IMG/VR virus record: IMGVR_UViG_3300048838_000528
Location: 1-55,586 of that record
DNA from: a virus
Taxonomy: Duplodnaviria > Caudoviricetes
Direction: 5' to 3' (one strand)
DNA length: 55,586 nt
In this document: positions 45,419 to 54,745 of the stretch, piece after piece
How positions within the stretch are numbered: the first letter of the stretch is position 1
How the letters are laid out: every line of letters begins with the position of its first letter
Notes under the pieces: model-generated
What the model saw: the letters and a program-made list of their open reading frames with translations, nothing else
What the model was told of the DNA's origin: nothing
The model's database searches: none
Position numbers and translations under genes: made by a program

Positions 45419-45748
45419 TTATTCTGCGGTTTCAACCGTAATTGCAAATGTATCGTTACTTGCAGGGCTAAATGATGTTAATGCACCACCGTTTGGTAGG
45501 TAGTACTTGATTTCAGCCGTTACAACTAATGAACCTGCACCGACACCCGTTACAGTAGCACCCGTGTTAGAGGTTGCTGATAACGTTCCTAAATCCTCGT
45601 CGTTTACACTCCATACAACAACAGCGTCATTGTAATCGAAGTCATAAGCAGTTGGGTCAAGGGTAAGTGTCAAATCAAGTGTCGCCCCAACATCAACAGT
45701 GATAGCGTCCCCATCACTGCTGATTGTAAGTGACGTTGGGGCTACTAC
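45419..45748 (-). CDS. Ig-like (Big_2) domain, appended to the capsid by -1 frameshift
   Basis: open frame VVAPTSLTISS...VGATLDLTLTLDP...VVWSV...VTGVGAG begins at the capsid stop and has no RBS of its own. Confidence 0.8.
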   Translation of the reverse strand, partial: VVAPTSLTISSDGDAITVDVGATLDLTLTLDPTAYDFDYNDAVVVWSVNDEDLGTLSATSNTGATVTGVGAGSLVVTAEIKYYLPNGGALTSFSPASNDTFAITVETAE

Positions 45749-46959
45749 CCCGCTTTGTTATCCAGATAGTAAATACTTTCTGGATAGATGATTGCAAGAG
45801 GACCTGCAAACGCAACATAAACCTTACGGTAACCATCTTCGGTTGGTGAATAAGCCATAGCACCACCTGTTAAAGCCATCGTAATAGGCATTTTAATAAC
45901 TTTTTCATCTCTGCGATAGAATACAATACGACCTGTTGAATTCGCACCACTTGCTTCAATTGGGAAGCCATAAGTTGCTTCGGCATTTGCTTGTAAATAT
46001 GGTAATTCAACAAATTCGATTTCAACTTGTAAACGTGATTTGATTTCTCTTTGGATATATTGCATAATTGAAGTCGCAATACCCGCACCACTTGCGTCAC
46101 CAACAGCACCAATAACTGCAGGTTTAGCAAGTAAAGTCCATACATCTGGTCCTAAAAGAGCCATATTTGGATAGAAGTCACGGTTATAACGTACATTACG
46201 TTTCATCGCTTCAATAATTGTTAGAATGGTTGTGGTCCATTCAGACACATCGTGTGCAGACCATTGTTCAGCCGATAACGCTGAATAACCAATGCCTGAA
46301 CCTGTGGTTGGAATATTTAATAATCCGGGAAAGAAATTAGTTGTTGAAGTTGTAATATCGGCAATACCAACGTTACCTTCAAAAGCCATATATTCGATTT
46401 CTCTCCAATATGAAGTACGGAGTGCGTCTTCGTGTCTTTCAAGAATATCAAAGTTAATGGTTTGAGCCTTCATTAAATCTACGTTACCAAGTAAGATACC
46501 TAACTTGATTGCGTAAATAGGAACAACTTTCTTTTCAGAAGCAACGCTAACTAATGGAACTTCGTTAGTATTACCACCCGCAAGACGTCCTTCACCAAGA
46601 CCAATGTTAGAACGGAAGAAAGCAAAACTTTCTACTGCACCACCACCGTAACGGATAGGAACTAATTCTTGTGCCCAATACTTGTTTAATGGTAGGTTTA
46701 CCGTTAAATCAAGAATTTGGAAAGCGTCAATTGGAAATTGACTTGCTTCACTGTCAGCAAAGAACTTGCTGTCATGGAAGAACTGTGTATTCTTTTGGTA
46801 ATCTTTAATTAAAGTTGATTGATTGCGAGCCATTTTTTCTTTGGCTTCTTCCATTTCAATAAACGCTTGGCGTAAGGATTTGTTTTGACCTTTTGCAATA
46901 GCGTCTACATCTCTAAAATCTACATATTTATTATCAATAAATCTTTGTCTCATCTTCAT
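45745..46959 (-). CDS. major capsid protein (DUF2184/HK97-fold type)
   Basis: 404 aa after the protease and decoration genes; FEGN...PGLLN motif. Confidence 0.85.
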   Translation of the reverse strand: MKMRQRFIDNKYVDFRDVDAIAKGQNKSLRQAFIEMEEAKEKMARNQSTLIKDYQKNTQFFHDSKFFADSEASQFPIDAFQILDLTVNLPLNKYWAQELVPIRYGGGAVESFAFFRSNIGLGEGRLAGGNTNEVPLVSVASEKKVVPIYAIKLGILLGNVDLMKAQTINFDILERHEDALRTSYWREIEYMAFEGNVGIADITTSTTNFFPGLLNIPTTGSGIGYSALSAEQWSAHDVSEWTTTILTIIEAMKRNVRYNRDFYPNMALLGPDVWTLLAKPAVIGAVGDASGAGIATSIMQYIQREIKSRLQVEIEFVELPYLQANAEATYGFPIEASGANSTGRIVFYRRDEKVIKMPITMALTGGAMAYSPTEDGYRKVYVAFAGPLAIIYPESIYYLDNKAG

Positions 46960-46968
46960 CTACCTCTC

Positions 46969-47541
46969 TTAACCTGCGTACTGAACTTCAACAGCATATA
47001 CAACATTAGTAGTTGTAGTATCTTGAAGTGGTGCAAATTTTGTTCCTGCAAAGGACCAACTTGTAGCAGTAATACATTCGGAATTGACGTTAGTTGTATA
47101 AGCCAAACCTGCAACTGTATTATCGGAAGCACCTGTACCAACATAAACTGCACCACCAACGGCTGGAGAAGTTGCACCATTACCAAGAATAGCAACAATC
47201 TTACCCTTTTGTCCGGGAGTACCAACAAATAATGATAATGCAACGTGTTCTTTTGGACCAACTACCATGCCATCAGAAGTCCCTGCACCAACTACATCAC
47301 GAACAACTACTGCTAATTCAGACGCTGTCGTGCTTGCACTTACAGGAAGTACTTCGTATGCGTAAGTATCGCCTGCATTTACTTCTACAAATTCACCGAA
47401 TTCTGCGGTGTCAGTTCTTGCACTGTCCCAAAAGCCTGCTCTAATATATCTTGGACCAAAAGCCTTTGACATATGACCGGGCAAGTAACCCTTTTGTTTT
47501 AACACACGTGGAAGTCCACTTGAATAATTAAATTTTGACAT
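46969..47541 (-). CDS. capsid decoration/cement protein
   Basis: G.PG N-terminus, FG..V, GGAVYV; lies between protease and capsid genes. Confidence 0.7.
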   Translation of the reverse strand: MSKFNYSSGLPRVLKQKGYLPGHMSKAFGPRYIRAGFWDSARTDTAEFGEFVEVNAGDTYAYEVLPVSASTTASELAVVVRDVVGAGTSDGMVVGPKEHVALSLFVGTPGQKGKIVAILGNGATSPAVGGAVYVGTGASDNTVAGLAYTTNVNSECITATSWSFAGTKFAPLQDTTTTNVVYAVEVQYAG

Positions 47542-47544
47542 ATG

Positions 47545-48687
47545 TTATTTACCTTTCCCTTCAAACATTTCGTATACGTCCATGTAAGTCATGCTTGCAT
47601 ATTTCTTTGCAGTTTCACGATTATCCATTGAACGATATAATTTTTTAAAATATGTTTCTTCATCTCGTGAATAAGTCTTTAAAGTCTTTGGCTTTTGTTC
47701 TCCGCCTTCGTCATTAAATTCTTTATTGCCTGCTGTGCCAACTGATTTTTCAATAGCACTATCTTTAATTTCTACAACATCTAATGCAGGAAGTTCTACT
47801 TGAAGTGCTTCTTTGCATTCTACGTTGAGTGCTTCGTAAGCCTTGTCACGAAATTCTGACTTTGGCATTACATTGATTTCTTTCCAATCTTTCATAAAAT
47901 CAATAAATGTTTTCATTTCTTTCTCAACCTCTTTCTTATCCTTCACTGACTTTTCGTCAGAAATAGCCTGCTCACTATTACCATCCGAAACCCATTTATA
48001 CCAACGCTTCGTTACAACCGTTTCAATCGTAATTCTTTCGTGATTGTCATTGTCATATTCTTCGTTCATTGTTGTAAATGTTTCCGTTCTATAAAAGTCT
48101 TTGCTATCATTTAATTCTTTAGGTTCATCACCAACCGTCTTTTCATCTACGATACGTGCATTTTTAGCACGACCTTCTCCAACGATTGCTAAATGGTTAA
48201 TAACGATTTCGGTTTGTTTTAACTTGCCGTCTTCATCCTTTACCAATCTCGCTGTATAGCCCAAAGATAAATCTTTTAATTCTCCCGCTTCTACTGCTTG
48301 GATTGCTTTTTCATCTTGGATTACGATAACGCCTACAATATTATCGCCATCTTGCCAAACTTCATCTATAAAACCAACAACGTAATCTTTGAAGTTTTTT
48401 GAATTAACCAACTCATCAGGGTGGTTTAGCGTTACGGGTTTTCCCTTAATACTATTCATACTATCTTCATCAAATACATCTTTTGCTTCACGTTTGACAT
48501 AGACGACTTTTTGGTCGGTAATACCTACTTCCCAACCGTTGTAAGCCTGTTCACCAACGTGCCCTAAAATTGCGTTCTTGCAATATAAGTAACCCGTATC
48601 GGGTTCTTTTTCTATATTATCGGACAACTTCACTCGTTGATAAAACGTACCCTTACCATCAATAAATACTTTCAATAATTCGTCCAT
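47545..48687 (-). CDS. DUF2213 prohead protease/scaffold
   Basis: GYL, G.Q.Y, KPVTLNHP, LSLGY, NHLAIVGEGRA motifs. Confidence 0.9.
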   Translation of the reverse strand: MDELLKVFIDGKGTFYQRVKLSDNIEKEPDTGYLYCKNAILGHVGEQAYNGWEVGITDQKVVYVKREAKDVFDEDSMNSIKGKPVTLNHPDELVNSKNFKDYVVGFIDEVWQDGDNIVGVIVIQDEKAIQAVEAGELKDLSLGYTARLVKDEDGKLKQTEIVINHLAIVGEGRAKNARIVDEKTVGDEPKELNDSKDFYRTETFTTMNEEYDNDNHERITIETVVTKRWYKWVSDGNSEQAISDEKSVKDKKEVEKEMKTFIDFMKDWKEINVMPKSEFRDKAYEALNVECKEALQVELPALDVVEIKDSAIEKSVGTAGNKEFNDEGGEQKPKTLKTYSRDEETYFKKLYRSMDNRETAKKYASMTYMDVYEMFEGKGK

Positions 48688-48704
48688 TCACTCACCTCAT
48701 ATCT

Positions 48705-50540
48705 TTAAACCTTGCCCATCGGTACTTTGACAGTCGGTTTCTTCGTTTTGTCGGTGTCTCCGCCTTCCTTACTTCCTTTGTGTGCACTTTCGACTTTATG
48801 CGATAGGTTAGTTCCACCTTCGCCCTGACCCTGTAAGTGGTTTAATGCCGTTGCTAACTCAATATCTACTGCCATCTTGTTAAGTGGGTCTCCACCTTGT
48901 GCTTTAGACTTCACATATTCACGATATTTTTCAGTGATTTCATTAAACATATCACTTACATTATCCTGTGAAGCAACAAGCATGTGTTGGATACTTTCAA
49001 CATCAGCCACATTGTTTTGATACAATACATCTAACATCTCAACAACCATCTTTAACATTTCGGCTTTTTCTTTATCGGTTGTCATTTCCAAAGATTTGAA
49101 TTTAAAACCAAAGTCTTTGATATTCTTATTAAACCGATTTTTGTAGATAAGTGGTATCAACTTGTTATACCATCCACGAATTTTACCTTCCTGTATTTCC
49201 TTAATCTTTGGTAAGTGTCTATTAGCGTCGTCTTCACTCTCCACATTAAAGAGTTCGCTCGTAGGTGCTTCCAAAGTTCCTGCAAGATTTCTTTGGTAAT
49301 GCGATAAGATTTCAGGTATTTGTTGGAAGTCGGCTGTCTTGTAATCAAAGACTTCGCTTTCTTTATCACCAAGAACTATCATATTTCCTGATGACGCACC
49401 AAAATTGATACCCTTAATCCTTGCTGTCACAAACTCTGCAAAACGTTCGCCTTGCAAACTTATTTGTGGCAAGTTCTTAATATTTAAAACGGGTATATTA
49501 GAACGCTGTGCTAACTTATTAACCTGTGCAAGCATACTTTCATATCTTGCAAAGTCACTATATGCACGTTCTAACAAAGTAGGTCCAAAAAACATTTCAA
49601 TACGTTTTTCTACCCACGTTAATTCGATTGAACTGTAAAGCAACAATCTTGAACGGTGAACTTTGAAGTATTTGTTTTTCGCTTCCATATCACCGCTTAA
49701 ATTTACCAAGAAGTATAGGGGTTGCCCAATTTCATCAGCACTGTAAATGCCATATTCTTCTCCAACTTTTGTAACCAAATTACTTGACAAATCGGGTTGA
49801 ATTTGGTATAATCGAGATAGCGGCTTCACACCTTTAAAACTGCCCTTTGACATTTTACTAACAATTAAGGGTTTCTTATAATCTTCTTCGGTTTCTGTAT
49901 CGTCACAAACAATTAAGCCTGCCGAACCACCGTAATAATCACCCCATTTAATAATGGAATGTAACGGTGCAAACAGCGAATTCAAATCCCTTTTAACTAC
50001 TGAAAGTTCTTCGGTTTTTTTATCTATCGAATTTAGGTCTACACCATTTAAGAGTGCACGTGTTGCTTTCCAACTTGACGCTTTGTCAAAATATGGAACA
50101 TCACGCATTATGCTATCTAACTTGTTAATTTGCCAAGATAAGCCTCTATTTTGGCTTAAACCCAAACCGTTAAAAGATAGGTCATAAGTTCCTGCGCCTG
50201 TCGCTTGGTATGGATTGTTTACTGCGTCAAAAAATGATTTCGATTTGATAGCCTTTTCTCTATTTTCATCTACCTGTGCACGTTCTTCATCTGATAAAAA
50301 CGCATAGGCTAACGCTTGGCTAACAAGTTCGGCTCTATCATAATTTCCACTTGAATGTAAGAACGGAGTTGTCTGTTTCAATCCATCGGCTTCTGTCTTC
50401 TGAAAATCCAAAAACAGCGTCTCCTCCGATTTGATTGAGTTCTTGTTGTGCTTTTGCGAGTGTTCTATCCAAGTTCCATTCGCTTTTTTTCTCTGTACCA
50501 TTTCCAAGTATGCTTTGGAGGGCATTGATTTCTTCCCCAT
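48705..50540 (-). CDS. portal protein (DUF1073-like)
   Basis: follows TerL; W..YYGGS, VHRSRLL, F.FKSL...DKEKAE; alternative TTG start at 50411. Confidence 0.85.
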   Translation of the reverse strand: MGKKSMPSKAYLEMVQRKKANGTWIEHSQKHNKNSIKSEETLFLDFQKTEADGLKQTTPFLHSSGNYDRAELVSQALAYAFLSDEERAQVDENREKAIKSKSFFDAVNNPYQATGAGTYDLSFNGLGLSQNRGLSWQINKLDSIMRDVPYFDKASSWKATRALLNGVDLNSIDKKTEELSVVKRDLNSLFAPLHSIIKWGDYYGGSAGLIVCDDTETEEDYKKPLIVSKMSKGSFKGVKPLSRLYQIQPDLSSNLVTKVGEEYGIYSADEIGQPLYFLVNLSGDMEAKNKYFKVHRSRLLLYSSIELTWVEKRIEMFFGPTLLERAYSDFARYESMLAQVNKLAQRSNIPVLNIKNLPQISLQGERFAEFVTARIKGINFGASSGNMIVLGDKESEVFDYKTADFQQIPEILSHYQRNLAGTLEAPTSELFNVESEDDANRHLPKIKEIQEGKIRGWYNKLIPLIYKNRFNKNIKDFGFKFKSLEMTTDKEKAEMLKMVVEMLDVLYQNNVADVESIQHMLVASQDNVSDMFNEITEKYREYVKSKAQGGDPLNKMAVDIELATALNHLQGQGEGGTNLSHKVESAHKGSKEGGDTDKTKKPTVKVPMGKV

Positions 50541-52398
50541 CTATTTCACCGCCTTCATTTAACCAATATTCTGTACCACCTAATGCCGTATTTACAATGT
50601 AACGTAACACATCTAAAACGTCATCATTTATCTTTTTAATCTTAATTTTACCCGTGTCTTCATTATATTCAAATTCGTTACTTTCAATCTGATTGATTAA
50701 GTTCATACATTCGGGGTGAATTAAAATCTTGCCAATATCAAAACCATATTTAAGCAAATCAACCCCCATAATATCTTTTTGTTGATTGAGATTTGCCGTT
50801 GTCTTTTCTTTACTTCTAACCTGTAAACTTGAATTGTTGGCAGGCGTAACATAAATACCTTTCATTGTGAAATGATTGATTGTAGCCACGTGTGATGGGT
50901 CAATAATTACCATATCGTATTTACGGTTCTTACGACTTCTAACCATCGTCCAAAACTCACGTTCAATATCCTCAATTGTTGCGTCTTGGTTTTTATAGTC
51001 AATTAGGCGTTCTTGTAAAACAAACACTGTACCCGTTCTAAAATCGATTTCACAATCTAAAAGTCCTGTTTCGTGATTAAACCCAACGTCTATCCCAAGC
51101 ACACGCATGGTTTGTGTTGAATTATCAAAACTTGAAATATCAATATCTTCTAATACGTTTTTATAACTAAATTCTTTATAAACAGCCTTTTCTGCAGTCT
51201 TGCGAATGCCCATTGTTTTTTGCAAATACAAAGCCGAACCCTTTTTAAATTCTTTTTTGTATTCGTTTCTTTGCATTTCAGTTAGACCTAAATTGTCATC
51301 TACTGTAAAATGATAGTAATTATAATCATATGCATTCAAAACGTTATTTGGGTTTTTTCCACCCCTGTCAAAATGAACTATCTTACGCATACTGCGTCCG
51401 TATAACACGTGTTCCTTATTTAATTTAGGGTAAAACTTTTCAATCGGAATATTTGCAATCATTTTATCGTAATGAAAACTGATGTCACGCAAACCCAAGT
51501 AAAGTGAACTTCTATCTTCTTGCTTTAAATACTTTGGACTTGGCACCGATTTCATCTCGCAAAAACGTGCCGTAAAGTCTTTCATATCCTTATCGGCTTC
51601 TATAAGTATTTCTTTTTCAATTTTTTCAAAATCCAATTTGTAACGGTCACGTATGTATTCCATCAACTGCAAATCTTCTTCATCCATTAACTTATCTTTT
51701 TCAAAGTTAGTATAAAATGGATGTGCCTGTCCTTTAGGATTGGCTGTCATAATCAAAACGTGATTATGTGATGAAACCATACGCTGTCTTGCTTGGTTAA
51801 TACCATCTATATGTTGCGTCAAGGCTTCGTTTACATAAGTTGAACCAATGGTAAAACCTTGATACTTTTCGCCATCATTCTTTTTATCGTTACCATAAAA
51901 CAATATCTCTTTTTCAACACCGTACATGTCTTTAAACTTATAAATACCACGCTGTGCACCACTATCACTGTTTCTGACAAACACACCATTTGGTATGGTG
52001 TAATACAAACCAAAACCGCCACTATGCAAAATAGTAAGTAGGGCATGTTCTAATGACTTTCCAAGTGCTAAATGTGTCTTGTGAGGCGTGTGCATTAAAT
52101 ATAAGGTCCACGCAAGCAAGGCAAATACGTCCTTACCACCACGTGCACCACCTTCTAAAAAGTAAATGTAACCCTCACCCTTTAACATCTTTTCGGTAAG
52201 TTCACGTGCTTTAGGCTGAATGGGAAACATCATTTCGTCTACCGAACCATCGCTATAACTTGGTCTTGGTCTAATACTTTCATTTAATTCTTCGCCCTCT
52301 TTAAGTGAAAGCAATCTATCCACTATACTACGGTGGTTGTCATCCACACTGTCTTTATAAATCTTTTGTAATTCTTTGTCAAGGTTTAAATTACTCAT
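50338..52398 (-). CDS. terL: terminase large subunit
   Basis: Walker A EGGARGGK, Walker B YVNEA, TANP, RNase H-like GIDVG, DPS, DDVLDVLRY. Confidence 0.92.
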   Translation of the reverse strand: MSNLNLDKELQKIYKDSVDDNHRSIVDRLLSLKEGEELNESIRPRPSYSDGSVDEMMFPIQPKARELTEKMLKGEGYIYFLEGGARGGKDVFALLAWTLYLMHTPHKTHLALGKSLEHALLTILHSGGFGLYYTIPNGVFVRNSDSGAQRGIYKFKDMYGVEKEILFYGNDKKNDGEKYQGFTIGSTYVNEALTQHIDGINQARQRMVSSHNHVLIMTANPKGQAHPFYTNFEKDKLMDEEDLQLMEYIRDRYKLDFEKIEKEILIEADKDMKDFTARFCEMKSVPSPKYLKQEDRSSLYLGLRDISFHYDKMIANIPIEKFYPKLNKEHVLYGRSMRKIVHFDRGGKNPNNVLNAYDYNYYHFTVDDNLGLTEMQRNEYKKEFKKGSALYLQKTMGIRKTAEKAVYKEFSYKNVLEDIDISSFDNSTQTMRVLGIDVGFNHETGLLDCEIDFRTGTVFVLQERLIDYKNQDATIEDIEREFWTMVRSRKNRKYDMVIIDPSHVATINHFTMKGIYVTPANNSSLQVRSKEKTTANLNQQKDIMGVDLLKYGFDIGKILIHPECMNLINQIESNEFEYNEDTGKIKIKKINDDVLDVLRYIVNTALGGTEYWLNEGGEIDGEEINALQSILGNGTEKKSEWNLDRTLAKAQQELNQIGGDAVFGFSEDRSRWIETDNSVLTFKWKL

Positions 52399-53113
52399 TT
52401 TCATCTTCCTCAACATATTTTGCAAAATCTGCGCCTGCAATGCCTAAACTTTTAGCCATGTGTTGCCCAAATTCCTTGCCACCACCCTTTAACCAAACAT
52501 CCATGCCTTGCATAACAACGTTTTTATCCATGCCCATAACCTTAATGGCTTGTGCTCTTGATTTTAAACGGTAATTATCATCTGGATGAAACAAAGCGTC
52601 ATCTACAATAGCGTCTTTTAACATATCTTCTTTCTTTCGACCACCAAGCATAAGTTGCTTATAAATATCAACAACTTGATTTAATTGATATTCATTCCAA
52701 TAACTAATCGCTTTAGATTTCAAAAGTGTATATTCTTTTTTCTTGTCATGTGAAACCATTGTACGATAACCGCTTTCGTTGCCATCTTTATCATAAACGG
52801 GAAATTTTGAAAATATATCTTCAACCCATGAAGCGTCATCCAAACTTGCAATATAACTTTCCACAATGTTATTAAATGTTTTATTACCCGTTTCCTTATT
52901 GATAAAGTCTTTATCATTGTAAAAAGATAACACCGTTTGTGCTTGAATAGGCAATTCCATGATTTCTTTTGGTATCATGAGTGAATTACCTGCAAGTGCT
53001 ATCTCGTTTTCATATTCTTCCAATTTATTTTCCTTCAACGCCTCAAAGTACGTTGTTTCACTAAATTCATTCAAGGGTTCTACGTCACGTGTTTTATCAA
53101 CTTTCATAGTCAC
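52391..53113 (-). CDS. probable terminase small subunit
   Basis: immediately upstream of terL, helical C-terminus. Confidence 0.55.
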   Translation of the reverse strand: MTMKVDKTRDVEPLNEFSETTYFEALKENKLEEYENEIALAGNSLMIPKEIMELPIQAQTVLSFYNDKDFINKETGNKTFNNIVESYIASLDDASWVEDIFSKFPVYDKDGNESGYRTMVSHDKKKEYTLLKSKAISYWNEYQLNQVVDIYKQLMLGGRKKEDMLKDAIVDDALFHPDDNYRLKSRAQAIKVMGMDKNVVMQGMDVWLKGGGKEFGQHMAKSLGIAGADFAKYVEEDENE

Positions 53114-53134
53114 TCCCCCTTAATCTTTATTTTA

Positions 53135-53163
53135 ATTGTACCATAATAATATTCGTTTGTCAA
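53135..53163 (-). promoter_or_regulatory. sigma-A-type promoter for the packaging/structural operon
   Basis: minus-strand TTGACA-17-TACAAT with TG extension. Confidence 0.8.
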
Positions 53164-53275
53164 GTATTATGTTGCAAACGCTTGCAAAATTTTCAGAAAA
53201 GTAATGAAAAACATCAAAAAACGTGTTCATTTGCATTATAAAGCAAAGTTTAGCATTTGTAAACTTGTAAAGTAT

Positions 53276-53297
53276 AAAAAAAGCACCTTATGGGTGC
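53276..53297 (-). terminator. intrinsic terminator of the sRNA
   Basis: minus-strand gcacc-cataa-ggtgc followed by T7. Confidence 0.75.
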
Positions 53298-53503
53298 AGA
53301 GTATCGATTATTCAATTATAATCGGGAGAGATTGTATGTAAAATGCGACTTTAGGAGGTATTAGTCGCAAATTACTGAAATTTATCGGTGGTTTTTTTGA
53401 GTTGTTTACCACCAAAAACAACATAATCCCACTTAACGTCCATTATCTCGGATTGGTTTATGGGGTCACAACCTAAACGGTTGGGATAAGTATTTTATAC
53501 TAC
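53276..53503 (-). ncRNA. putative structured small RNA of about 230 nt
   Basis: own promoter and terminator, no ORF, several hairpins plus an H-type pseudoknot. Confidence 0.7.
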
Positions 53504-53509
53504 ACCTAT

Positions 53510-53538
53510 ATCATAGCATATTAAAATAAAGTTGTCAA
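53510..53538 (-). promoter_or_regulatory. sigma-A-type promoter of the sRNA
   Basis: minus-strand TTGACA-17-TATGAT with TG extension. Confidence 0.8.
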
Positions 53539-53585
53539 GTAATATGTATTTGCACCATATAATTGCCTATTACAACATTAAGTGT

Positions 53586-53618
53586 AAAAAAAATGGGGTG
53601 GTCGCAACCAAGCCCCAT
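53586..53618 (-). terminator. intrinsic terminator
   Basis: minus-strand atgggg...ccccat followed by a T run. Confidence 0.75.
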
Positions 53619-53652
53619 CGTCCCCAAACCTCAAAAGTAATTGAGGAACATT

Positions 53653-53910
53653 TTAAAGTATAACCCACCAATGTGGATTGACCTTACGATAATGAGAGCC
53701 ATCGGATAAAATACCATCAAAATGTCTTAAACGTTTATTGTTGTGTTTTTTCATGAACGTTAGCATACCGTTTGGCTTTCCTTGAACCCTAACATACCTG
53801 CCATCTTTAAAATAGACCCCACTTGGATAATAATAAGAACCCAACTCACGGTTTAATCTTCTTAATCTCTTTTGCTCAATTTGTTTCTTGTTATATCTCA
53901 TATCATCCAC
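53653..53910 (-). CDS. basic 85-aa conserved phage protein
   Basis: KK..NKRLR...G..YRK...WW pattern; own promoter and terminator. Confidence 0.75.
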   Translation of the reverse strand: MDDMRYNKKQIEQKRLRRLNRELGSYYYPSGVYFKDGRYVRVQGKPNGMLTFMKKHNNKRLRHFDGILSDGSHYRKVNPHWWVIL

Positions 53911-54000
53911 CTCATGTCTTTTGTTTAAGGTTTAATACTAAAACATTTTTTAAAAAGAAAAAAAAGGAAAAAAAGAAAACTAACAAAGAACGGTATCTAT

Positions 54001-54029
54001 ATAGTAGCACATCCAAAACACCTTGTCAA
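54001..54029 (-). promoter_or_regulatory. sigma-A-type promoter
   Basis: minus-strand TTGACA-17-TACTAT with TG extension. Confidence 0.75.
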
Positions 54030-54086
54030 GTATTATGTTGTAAAAAGTTGAATGATAATACAAAAAAACTTGTTATAGCATTCAAA

Positions 54087-54416
54087 CTAAAGTAAAAGTT
54101 TACTTTTATTTGAAACGTATCGTACCGGTATCGGTTCATTTTGAAACGATTGCTTACCACTCATCGGGTGGTCTATCATAGCGTCCTTATCCATAAATAT
54201 TAAATTGCCACACGTCAGACACGTATGCCCGTAAAATGGGAACTCCCCAATCTTAACCTCTTGCTCATATCTAAAATGTGTCGAACCACACTCACTACAT
54301 CTAACACCATCATATAAAACATTGACACGTTTTGAAACACTATTGTTTCTTTTTGCAACGTAAACATCATTCTTGCTGTTCCGTAAACTTTTTTGTAAAC
54401 CAAACATTTTAATCAC
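54087..54416 (-). CDS. zinc-ribbon protein
   Basis: CSEC and CLTC pairs, GAGGTG RBS. Confidence 0.7.
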   Translation of the reverse strand: MIKMFGLQKSLRNSKNDVYVAKRNNSVSKRVNVLYDGVRCSECGSTHFRYEQEVKIGEFPFYGHTCLTCGNLIFMDKDAMIDHPMSGKQSFQNEPIPVRYVSNKSKLLL

Positions 54417-54469
54417 CTCTTAATTAAATTTAGCCCATCTTGCGACAGGCTATGGTAGTGGAATTATTT

Positions 54470-54745
54470 TTAGTAGTTCAATCTAATCGTATAGCAACGA
54501 TTGTCTTTAAGCGTAATATTAGGTGCTGTAAAAATAAACACAATTTCAATTGCATGGTCTATAAGGTCGATACATAATTGTTTAACATCAACCGTTCTAA
54601 TATCCTCAATCTTTTTTGACATAAAATCAACCATATTCTCAACCTCATTCTCAAGTTGCTTTTCGTCAACCTTATCAAACGTCACATCTAAATCAAAGTT
54701 TTCTAACTTTTCTAATGCTTTTGCTAAAATATCATACATTTCCAT
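54470..54745 (-). CDS. hypothetical protein
   Basis: AAAGGA RBS before MEMYDIL; the upstream part of the track ORF is the promoter. Confidence 0.7.
   Translation of the reverse strand: MEMYDILAKALEKLENFDLDVTFDKVDEKQLENEVENMVDFMSKKIEDIRTVDVKQLCIDLIDHAIEIVFIFTAPNITLKDNRCYTIRLNY

Noticed and set aside
45742-45747. Stop read-through or TAG recoding of the capsid
   Set aside because: Two tandem TAGs, the Ig domain lies in the -1 frame, and TAG terminates many other genes normally
51310-51710. Intein in terminase
   Set aside because: No Cys/Ser N-terminal block, no HN-C/S/T end, no LAGLIDADG motif
53586-53650. tRNA-like GC-rich hairpins
   Set aside because: No cloverleaf or T-loop; explained as the 3' UTR hairpin and terminator of 53653-53910
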